DNA of 64,000 nucleotides from an uncultured virus (IMG/VR IMGVR_UViG_3300020461_000002). Taxonomy: Duplodnaviria > Heunggongvirae > Uroviricota > Caudoviricetes. Both the position numbers and the translations under genes were made by a program. How positions within the stretch are numbered: position 1 is the first letter of the stretch; the number at the start of each line of letters is the position of its first letter. Under the pieces are notes generated by a model. That model was given only the letters and a program-made list of their open reading frames with translations, searched no databases and was not told the DNA's origin. The stretch lies in the IMG/VR virus record IMGVR_UViG_3300020461_000002, one strand, 5' to 3'. Of the stretch, positions 7,727-14,751 are shown one piece after another.

Positions 7727-7978
7727 GTGACATTTAGTGGGTGGGCAGTTAGTGACACAAACTGGTCGGCTGCCTGCCCACCTGCCCGATTGGCACAACC
7801 AACCTTAAGATTCTCTTTCGGAGTTTTGTATCGTGGTGAACGACCGTGATCGGGCAGATGTGCCATCATAAGGGCATGAACAACACAGGAGAGCACTATG
7901 CTAGAGCACGTTCGCCGCGTGGCGGGCGGTTTGACTGCAGCGTTCGTGCTAATGACCGTGCTCAACGAACCACCTGCC

Positions 7979-8026
7979 AAACCGGCACAACCCCCCGTTG
8001 ACTTCCCCTCCGATCCATCCTACGTT
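7979..8026 (+). promoter_or_regulatory. Early promoter cassette variant
   Basis: aaaCCGGCACA followed by TTGACT-17 bp-TACGTT. Confidence 0.55.
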
Positions 8027-8047
8027 ACCTTCAGTTCCGAAAATCCC

Positions 8048-8536
8048 ATGCTCAAAGGACAAGCACTTCTGACCGAATTCTCCATCGGTGCCGCCCAGGG
8101 CATGTCCAAGACTGACCTGTGCCTCTCCTGCGGTTACGTGACCGAAGCGGGTCGCCCTGCGTTCACTGATTTCTACACTGCGATCCTGGAGGCACGCGGT
8201 CACGACATGAACCCGCGCGCCGGTGAGGTGACCGAACTGCTGGAGGAGTACAAAGACTTCAGTGAGGCAGAGGTCCTGGACCGACTAGTCGAGGACTACG
8301 ACGTGAACGCGCTCAAATCGTTCATTGAGGTCTTTGGCATTCAGGCGCTGCCCTCTTTTGAGGACGCCTATCAGGGAGAGTACGACAGCGGTGCTGATTT
8401 TGCTGAGCAGTTCGTGACCGACTGCTACTCCTGCGACGTTCCTGGATTCGTGGACATCGATTGGGAGGGAACGTGGGCGAACCTGCGGCATGACTACATC
8501 ATCGAGGAGGGTTTCGTTTTTGCGCTGAACTTCTGA
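8048..8536 (+). CDS. cyAbrB-like N-terminal domain fused to ArdA-like antirestriction domain
   Basis: N-terminal MLKGQALL..SKTDL..CGYV..FTDFYTAILEARG; acidic C-terminal FEDAYQGEYDS..DFAEQ..IDWE..L..DY..EGFVF. ORF track start is 7898. Confidence 0.65.
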   Translation: MLKGQALLTEFSIGAAQGMSKTDLCLSCGYVTEAGRPAFTDFYTAILEARGHDMNPRAGEVTELLEEYKDFSEAEVLDRLVEDYDVNALKSFIEVFGIQALPSFEDAYQGEYDSGADFAEQFVTDCYSCDVPGFVDIDWEGTWANLRHDYIIEEGFVFALNF

Positions 8537-8538
8537 AT

Positions 8539-8594
8539 CAGTTGGGGAAGTGGCACACGCTTCCCCCCAAACCGCGCCCAGGACCGACTATACT
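8539..8594 (+). promoter_or_regulatory. Early promoter cassette with hairpin; probably leaderless transcript
   Basis: cagttGGGGAAGTG-gcaca-CGCTTCCCC hairpin; TATACT at 8589-8594, 6 nt before ATG 8601. Confidence 0.65.
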
Positions 8595-8600
8595 AAGCAC

Positions 8601-9521
8601 ATGCAAAACAAGCACATCGAACACCCCGAAGACACCATCCTGACAGGTGATCTCTCGGTCCTGGACCTCCTGCTGACCCCTGGTCAACTCAGCACCAAAA
8701 TCGACGGCGCTCCTGCGATCGTATGGGGAACCAACCCAGCAACGGGAAATTTCTTCGTTGGCACTAAAAGCGTCTTTAACAAAGTCAAAATCAAGATCAA
8801 CGAATCCCATGCGGAAATCGATCAAAACCACGACGGCAATGTTGCAGAAATTTTGCACGATTGTTTTGATCGGTTACCTCGTACAACTAATGTTTACCAG
8901 GGGGATTTTATTGGTGTCGGTGGATCTGACACCTATACGCCAAACACTATCACATACCGTTTCAACGAAGTAGTCACTGAGGACATCATTGTTGCTCCCC
9001 ACACTGTCTATAAGGTCAAGACAGATCTCCGTGATGCAGAAGCGTTCCCTCTGCCATCTTATGCGCTGGTGAGCACCCCGTTCTGTAAGTTCGTTGACAC
9101 ACGGGCACACATCTTCACGGGTCAATATGACAAATGTGCTGGCGACTTCGGTGACCTTAAAGAGGTGATTGACTTCGCCAAGGTTATGGCGCAGACCGTC
9201 ACATTCGTGTCTGATAAGGAAGCAAAGGACCTTAAGAAGCAACTTAACGCCTGCATCCGTGAGCAACGCCCCATCGCCAATAAGGATTTCGATTGTGACC
9301 CCAATCTCCTAAGTTATTGGGCGTTGGTGAAGTCCATCAAGGAAGACGCGTTGCATCTCTGCCGCCCACAATGGCAGGGCAATGACTGTGCTGCGTTCAT
9401 TGGTGATGATCAAATAACTGCCGAAGGGTTTGTGTTCAGCACCGCCAAAGGTATGGTTAAACTTGTCAATCGTGAGGTTTTCAGTTACAATAACTTTACC
9501 CGCGCAAAGGCATGGTCATGA
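8601..9521 (+). CDS. Conserved phage protein (DUF6267-like) with nucleotidyltransferase/ligase motifs
   Basis: HIEHPED; KIDG (motif I); YQGDF; EGFVF (motif IV); VKLV (motif V). Confidence 0.7.
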   Translation: MQNKHIEHPEDTILTGDLSVLDLLLTPGQLSTKIDGAPAIVWGTNPATGNFFVGTKSVFNKVKIKINESHAEIDQNHDGNVAEILHDCFDRLPRTTNVYQGDFIGVGGSDTYTPNTITYRFNEVVTEDIIVAPHTVYKVKTDLRDAEAFPLPSYALVSTPFCKFVDTRAHIFTGQYDKCAGDFGDLKEVIDFAKVMAQTVTFVSDKEAKDLKKQLNACIREQRPIANKDFDCDPNLLSYWALVKSIKEDALHLCRPQWQGNDCAAFIGDDQITAEGFVFSTAKGMVKLVNREVFSYNNFTRAKAWS

Positions 9522-9712
9522 CTGACAAAAAACCTTACACCGTTCCTGACGTAGTACAACCTAATCGTTACATTGAACAATACATACTGACCGTCGTGTT
9601 GCAGTCAGATAAACCCGAAGATTTCATGGATCGAGTCAAGAATTCGCTAGCGGAGGGGGAGGTCCTTAAAGACTACAGCATCGTCGACGACTCGGGATTT
9701 TACTTTATGTGA
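9518..9712 (+). CDS. Hypothetical protein
   Basis: ATGA overlap with the upstream gene. Confidence 0.65.
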   Translation: MTDKKPYTVPDVVQPNRYIEQYILTVVLQSDKPEDFMDRVKNSLAEGEVLKDYSIVDDSGFYFM

Positions 9713-9782
9713 TCTTAAGATTTCAACCCGCACCACGCCCCCCTGAGGTGCTACAATTATCTCAAGCACACAGACCCACCGC

Positions 9783-9977
9783 ATGACCACCACCACCATC
9801 GACGGCGTTCAATTCAAGGTCAAGCGCCTGCCCGTTGCTCACGGTTCTAAGGCAAACCGCTGGACCAGTCGGATCAAGGGAGGATCTTCCCGCGTTCGCA
9901 CCCACGGCGGCGCAGCAGGTAGCAGGGGCACCAGCATGACCACCAAAGCGAGCGCACTGGGCGACATTCGTTCGTGA
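9783..9977 (+). CDS. Small basic hypothetical protein
   Basis: ORF track; TGc-TACAAT extended -10 about 25 nt upstream. Confidence 0.6.
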   Translation: MTTTTIDGVQFKVKRLPVAHGSKANRWTSRIKGGSSRVRTHGGAAGSRGTSMTTKASALGDIRS

Positions 9978-9988
9978 TCAGCAGCAGT

Positions 9989-10014
9989 CGGGGGGATCGC
10001 GCCCCCCCGTTTAT
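9989..10014 (+). terminator. GC-rich hairpin, probable intrinsic terminator at the end of the GC-rich island
   Basis: CGGGGGG/CCCCCCG stem followed by TTTAT. Confidence 0.55.
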
Positions 10015-10147
10015 AAAATCGCGTACTACTGTAAGCTATAAACGACCCAAAGCGCCTTCGTGATATCACATGAATAAAAAAATCCCGGATAGGTATGGTG
10101 CTTATAAAAAGTCGAAAGCACTATATAAAGCAATGACACAAAGTAAT

Positions 10148-10318
10148 ATGCAAAAAAATCCGGAGCATAATTTAACAACAGTAGAAGTTGATCCAGTAAC
10201 GGGAGAATACTACGTAACAGTTCCAGAATGGATAATATCTGAGTTTGGGTGGTATGAAGGCACCGAGTTAAATATGGAAGTTGACGGAGATGCAATCTTA
10301 ATATCAGAGGTTGACTGA
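10148..10318 (+). CDS. AbrB/MazE/SpoVT-like DNA-binding protein
   Basis: YYVTVPEWIISEFGWYEGTELNMEVDGDAILI swapped-hairpin pattern; start uncertain (10070, 10133 or 10148). Confidence 0.65.
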   Translation: MQKNPEHNLTTVEVDPVTGEYYVTVPEWIISEFGWYEGTELNMEVDGDAILISEVD

Positions 10319-10339
10319 ACGTATAAATTGTTGTATGAT
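10311..10339 (+). promoter_or_regulatory. sigma70-type promoter
   Basis: TTGACT-17 bp-TATGAT. Confidence 0.65.
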
Positions 10340-10362
10340 ACTGAAGTAACATCATTAATCGT

Positions 10363-11118
10363 ATGTCTAAAGGATTCACTGTTAAAGCGAAGAACCCACC
10401 AAAACAAAAAGAACCAGAGTGGGACTATGCAAAAGCAAAAGAAATGGTTAAAGGCAAGAGTATTGTATTCTGCTTGCCTGGGCGCGGAGTTTCTTATCTT
10501 TATCTGAAAAACTTTGTACAACTTTGTTTTGATCTTGTACAAGCAGGAGCAAGTATTCAGATTTCACAAGATTACAGTTCAATGGTAAACTTTGCACGTT
10601 GTAAGTGCTTAGGTGCTAATGTACTTCGTGGTCCAGATCAAATTCCCTGGGATGGTAAGTTGAAGTATGATTATCAACTATGGATTGATAGTGATATTGT
10701 ATTCAACTCTGAGAAGTTCTGGCAATTAATCTTGATGGATAAAGATATTGCAAGTGGATGGTATGCTACAGAAGATGGTGTTACAAGTTCTGTTGCACAC
10801 TGGATGGATGAAGATGACTTCCGCAATAATGGTGGAGTGATGAATCATGAAACCACAGAAACACTGAGCAATCGTAGGAAACCATTCACTGTTGATTATG
10901 CAGGTTTCGGATGGTTGCTTATCAAGCATGGTGTATGGGAACATGCAGAAATGAAGTATCCTTGGTTTGCTCCAAAGATGCAAGTATTTGAATCTGGCGA
11001 AGTGCAAGATATGTGTGGAGAGGATGTATCATTCTGTCTCGATGCAATCGCAGCAGGTTTTGAGATTTGGTGCGACCCGCGTATTAGAGTTGGGCACGAA
11101 AAAACAAGGATTATCTGA
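10363..11118 (+). CDS. Conserved cyanophage GT-A fold glycosyltransferase-like protein
   Basis: WIDSD (DxD), GFGWLLI, GEDVSFC, VGHEK. Confidence 0.7.
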   Translation: MSKGFTVKAKNPPKQKEPEWDYAKAKEMVKGKSIVFCLPGRGVSYLYLKNFVQLCFDLVQAGASIQISQDYSSMVNFARCKCLGANVLRGPDQIPWDGKLKYDYQLWIDSDIVFNSEKFWQLILMDKDIASGWYATEDGVTSSVAHWMDEDDFRNNGGVMNHETTETLSNRRKPFTVDYAGFGWLLIKHGVWEHAEMKYPWFAPKMQVFESGEVQDMCGEDVSFCLDAIAAGFEIWCDPRIRVGHEKTRII

Positions 11119-11119
11119 T

Positions 11120-11287
11120 ATGGGTGAGCGTTATAATATAATTAACTCAGTCACTGGCGAAGTTCTCCATAGCAATCTCTCACAAGAAGAGTACTTTGAC
11201 ATTATGGAGGATTATGCGCTAGAATATTACAACTTAGGTTCACCAAGACCTGAGGTTCTTTCTACACAAATGGTTCAAGGAGATTAA
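11120..11287 (+). CDS. Hypothetical protein
   Basis: ORF 10967..11287; ATG 11120 follows the upstream stop. Confidence 0.65.
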   Translation: MGERYNIINSVTGEVLHSNLSQEEYFDIMEDYALEYYNLGSPRPEVLSTQMVQGD

Positions 11288-11292
11288 GTATC

Positions 11293-11427
11293 ATGGCAAT
11301 GCGTAAAGGTGGTGGGTATGTGGAAGCAACTCCCAAAAAGTCTCGTCAAGGAAGCGGGCAGCATACGAAATACGCCGCGACGTCTCGCAATAAAGCACGT
11401 AAGCGTTATCGTGGACAAGGAAAGTAA
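11293..11427 (+). CDS. Small basic protein ending KRYRGQGK (44 aa, not in ORF track)
   Basis: AGGAG upstream; MAMRKGGGYVEATPKKSRQGSGQHTKYAATSRNKARKRYRGQGK. Confidence 0.75.
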   Translation: MAMRKGGGYVEATPKKSRQGSGQHTKYAATSRNKARKRYRGQGK

Positions 11428-11454
11428 TATATACGTGTAGTAGTGTAAATACGT

Positions 11455-12132
11455 ATGGCATGTTTGATTGCTAATCTTCCTTCAATGGAAGTATGGGTTC
11501 GTAAAGAATATCTAACAGATCATCAAAGTGGACATGGTGAATTTGTAAAAGGCGTCTGGGTTTCGGTTAAATCGATTCCTGGGCGTGCTTTTTATTTTGA
11601 AACATATCTACCAGAATATGCGGCAATGTACGATAAATTGCCTATTAGTGCCTTTGTCAGTGATCCTGAGACACCTTCTCCAGATATGAACCTACCAAAT
11701 CTACAGTTTTGGAACTGTATGGATTATGGAGTTGTGACAGTTACTAAACAATTCATCGGAAGTATGGATTTTGAGTGCTATACACGCGATCACGGCATTC
11801 AAAAAGGCACTTATGTCTGCACAATAGACAATTATCATCAAGATCCTGATGCAATTGACTATGCTACAAGCGAAAATCCAGCAGAACATAAGTCTCATAA
11901 CCTCATTGAACTTGAAAATGGGCAATATGCACTGTATCCTAACAACAGATTGCGTATTTTTGATAATAGTTTGACTCCTGCCGACCCCAAAATGCCCGAT
12001 TTTAAGGTTTCAACTCAATTTTACTCGGTTGAAAATGGTTTTGATCGCCTTGGAATGGGTCGAGAGGATGAATATCACTGGAAAACTGCCAAGGAGCGTG
12101 AAAAAGAACGCGAAAATACTGAAAATAAATAA
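11455..12132 (+). CDS. Conserved hypothetical cyanophage protein
   Basis: 225-aa ORF in its typical position upstream of gp25. Confidence 0.85.
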   Translation: MACLIANLPSMEVWVRKEYLTDHQSGHGEFVKGVWVSVKSIPGRAFYFETYLPEYAAMYDKLPISAFVSDPETPSPDMNLPNLQFWNCMDYGVVTVTKQFIGSMDFECYTRDHGIQKGTYVCTIDNYHQDPDAIDYATSENPAEHKSHNLIELENGQYALYPNNRLRIFDNSLTPADPKMPDFKVSTQFYSVENGFDRLGMGREDEYHWKTAKEREKERENTENK

Positions 12133-12183
12133 AAATAGGGATAGCAACCCCTCAAAAAGTTCTGTTTTTTACGAAACAGGAGC
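12124..12183 (+). promoter_or_regulatory. Late promoter plus two-hairpin leader occluding the RBS
   Basis: AATAAATA at 12124-12131; hairpins at 12137-12152 and 12159-12183, the second pairing AGGAG. Confidence 0.5.
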
Positions 12184-12186
12184 AAA

Positions 12187-12366
12187 ATGGGCAATTCACC
12201 AGTAGATAGAGACAAAGAGTACATGTATAAGATGTGGGGAACACAAGGTTTGATCACGGATTATTGGACACAACCCCATAAAACCAATGATTGTGCAGAA
12301 GAATTATGTATTCAGGAGATTATGCACGATGATAAGAAGAAAGGACAGAAAAATCTACAAGAATAG
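12187..12366 (+). CDS. Small hypothetical protein (59 aa, not in ORF track)
   Basis: AGGAG SD; MGNSPVDRDKEYMYKMWGT... Confidence 0.7.
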   Translation: MGNSPVDRDKEYMYKMWGTQGLITDYWTQPHKTNDCAEELCIQEIMHDDKKKGQKNLQE

Positions 12367-12368
12367 GG

Positions 12369-12376
12369 TATAAATA
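12369..12376 (+). promoter_or_regulatory. T4-type late promoter
   Basis: TATAAATA upstream of gp25. Confidence 0.8.
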
Positions 12377-12403
12377 AAATTGAATATCGTAATTTGTTGT
12401 TAA

Positions 12404-12805
12404 ATGCCAACACAAAGGACTAGTAGATCCTTTAGGGACATAAGTTTATCCTTTACTCCCCATCCAGTCACCAGAGATTTAACAGTTTTATCGAACGGAT
12501 CTGCTATTGCAAGGTCCGTTCGTAACCTTGTGGAGACAATTCCATCAGAAAGACTGTTTAACTCTGTTATTGGATCAACTGTTAGAGATTCTTTGTTTGA
12601 AAATTTTGATCTAGGAATAGCTGCCACTATAAAAGACCAAATAACTACAACTATTGAGAATTTTGAACCTAGGGTTGAAAATGTAGTTGTTGAAGTTAAT
12701 GCATATCAGAATAGTAACGCTTTAGACATAACTATTATTTTTGATGTTGTAGGACAGGAGATTCCAGCACAAACCGTAAACTTCATACTAGAGGCAACAA
12801 GATAA
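12404..12805 (+). CDS. gp25: Baseplate wedge subunit gp25
   Basis: F.DISLSF..HPVT.D..AI.RSVRNLV.T..ER.FN..G..IENFEPRV; synteny. Confidence 0.92.
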   Translation: MPTQRTSRSFRDISLSFTPHPVTRDLTVLSNGSAIARSVRNLVETIPSERLFNSVIGSTVRDSLFENFDLGIAATIKDQITTTIENFEPRVENVVVEVNAYQNSNALDITIIFDVVGQEIPAQTVNFILEATR

Positions 12806-12806
12806 A

Positions 12807-14750
12807 ATGCCTTTTACACAGTACACTAATTTAGATTTTGATCAGATAAAACTATCGATTAAAGATTATCTAAGATCAAATAGCAAATTTACCGATTTTG
12901 ACTTTGAAGGATCTAATTTCTCAGTCTTAATTGATACGCTGGCATATAATACATATATCTCCGCATTCAATGCAAACATGATTGCAAATGAGTCTTTTTT
13001 AGACTCTGCAACCATGAGAGAGAACGTAGTTTCTCTTGCAAGAAATATTGGTTACCTACCTAGATCTAAAACGGCAGCAAAAGCAACAATTTCTTTTGAT
13101 GTCAATTTTTTCGGAGCATCTTCTATTCTTACACTAAAAGAAGGTTTGGTTTGTATAGGAACTGAGACAGATACTTCTTATACTTTTTCGATACCAGAGG
13201 ATATTACTGTTAATACAACTTCTCTTTCAGGATCTAATGTTGATGTATCAACAGAGAGGCAGGCATTTTTCGATGAGATTGAAATTTATGAAGGAATCTT
13301 TGTACAAAAGAAATTTACTGTTGATAGTTCTATCAAACAGAGATTTATTCTAGATAATCCAAATATTGATACTTCTACGGTAAAAGTATATGTTCGTGAA
13401 TCTAATGAAGTTGGTAGAGGTGCAGAGTACAGGTATGTAGATAATATAAACAAAGTAGATGGAACTTCTGAAATCTTTCTTTTACAAGAAATAAAAGATG
13501 AGAAATATGAGATTATCTTTGGTGATGGATATTTCGGCAAAAAATTAAATAACAATGCTGTTGTGACAGTCGCATACATTGTGACTAATGGTGATGGTGG
13601 AAACGGAGTCAGATCATTCTCCTTTACAGGAAGATTTGAGGGAGCAAATGGTTTACCAGTAACCCCAACAGAATCAACCTTTGTAAGCACCCTACAAAGT
13701 TCTAGAAATGGGGCGGAAGTAGAGTCTTTAGATAGTATCAAATACTTTGCTCCAAAGCAGTACAGCGCCCAGAACAGGGCAGTTACGACTAGAGACTATG
13801 AGACAATTGTTAAACAAATTTTCCCTAATACAGAATCTGTAGCAGTTGTTGGAGGAGAAGAATTAAATCCACCTAAGTTTGGTCAAGTTTTCATTTCAAT
13901 TAAACCTAAAAATGGAACGTTCCTATCAGACTTCTCTAAATTACAAATTCAATCAAAACTAAAAGATTATTCTATTATTGGAATTAACCAAGAAGTTATA
14001 GATCTGAAAATACTTTATGTTGAAATCGATTCTTCAATCTATTTTAATGCATCCAAGATATCAACAATTCAGTCACTTCAAGGAAGAGTTGTTTCTTCTT
14101 TAGAGTCTTACGCAAAATCCACAGATCTCAACAAGTTTGGTGGTAGATTTAAGTATAGTAAATTGTGTCAAGTGATTGATAAAGTGGATGATGCAATTAC
14201 ATCCAACATAACAAAAGTTAGGATGAGAAGGGATTTAAAGGCAACAATAAATGCATTTGCACAGTATGAGTTATGTTTTGGTAATAGATTTCACATTAAC
14301 CCATTTGGTGGTACTATCAAAAGTACCGGATTTAATGTTGAAGGACAACCAGGAACAGTATTCTTAACAGATGTTCCAAATAAGAACGAAGATGGTTCTT
14401 TAGATGGTTCTGGGAAGGGAACAATATCATTAATTAGATTTGATACTACAAGTAGAGAAGCTCTTGTTGTAGGTCAATCTGTTGGAACAGTAGATTACAC
14501 TGAAGGGGAAGTTATACTGAATACAATAAAAATTACTAATACAGTACAAGCAGATAATATCATCGAAATTCAGGCATTTCCTGATTCAAATGATGTAATC
14601 GGATTAAAAGATTTATTTGTAGTTTTTGACGTATCCAATAGCGTTCCTACTATAAATATGAAGAAAGATACTATTTCTTCTGGTGAAAGTATATCGGGTT
14701 TAACGTTCCCAACATCATCCAGTTATCCAAACGGAAAATTAACGAGGTAA
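12807..14750 (+). CDS. gp6: Baseplate wedge subunit gp6
   Basis: LDFDQIK..DFDFEGSN..LAYNT..ESFLDSA; FGDG; QNRAVT..DY. Confidence 0.93.
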   Translation: MPFTQYTNLDFDQIKLSIKDYLRSNSKFTDFDFEGSNFSVLIDTLAYNTYISAFNANMIANESFLDSATMRENVVSLARNIGYLPRSKTAAKATISFDVNFFGASSILTLKEGLVCIGTETDTSYTFSIPEDITVNTTSLSGSNVDVSTERQAFFDEIEIYEGIFVQKKFTVDSSIKQRFILDNPNIDTSTVKVYVRESNEVGRGAEYRYVDNINKVDGTSEIFLLQEIKDEKYEIIFGDGYFGKKLNNNAVVTVAYIVTNGDGGNGVRSFSFTGRFEGANGLPVTPTESTFVSTLQSSRNGAEVESLDSIKYFAPKQYSAQNRAVTTRDYETIVKQIFPNTESVAVVGGEELNPPKFGQVFISIKPKNGTFLSDFSKLQIQSKLKDYSIIGINQEVIDLKILYVEIDSSIYFNASKISTIQSLQGRVVSSLESYAKSTDLNKFGGRFKYSKLCQVIDKVDDAITSNITKVRMRRDLKATINAFAQYELCFGNRFHINPFGGTIKSTGFNVEGQPGTVFLTDVPNKNEDGSLDGSGKGTISLIRFDTTSREALVVGQSVGTVDYTEGEVILNTIKITNTVQADNIIEIQAFPDSNDVIGLKDLFVVFDVSNSVPTINMKKDTISSGESISGLTFPTSSSYPNGKLTR

Positions 14751-14751
14751 T

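Noticed and set aside
7898..8047. N-terminal membrane-anchor-like extension of the AbrB-ArdA protein
   Set aside because: An AGGAG-ATG exists, but a promoter cassette at 7979-8026 lies inside the extension and the recognisable domain begins at ATG 8048. The longer isoform is not excluded but is not supported.
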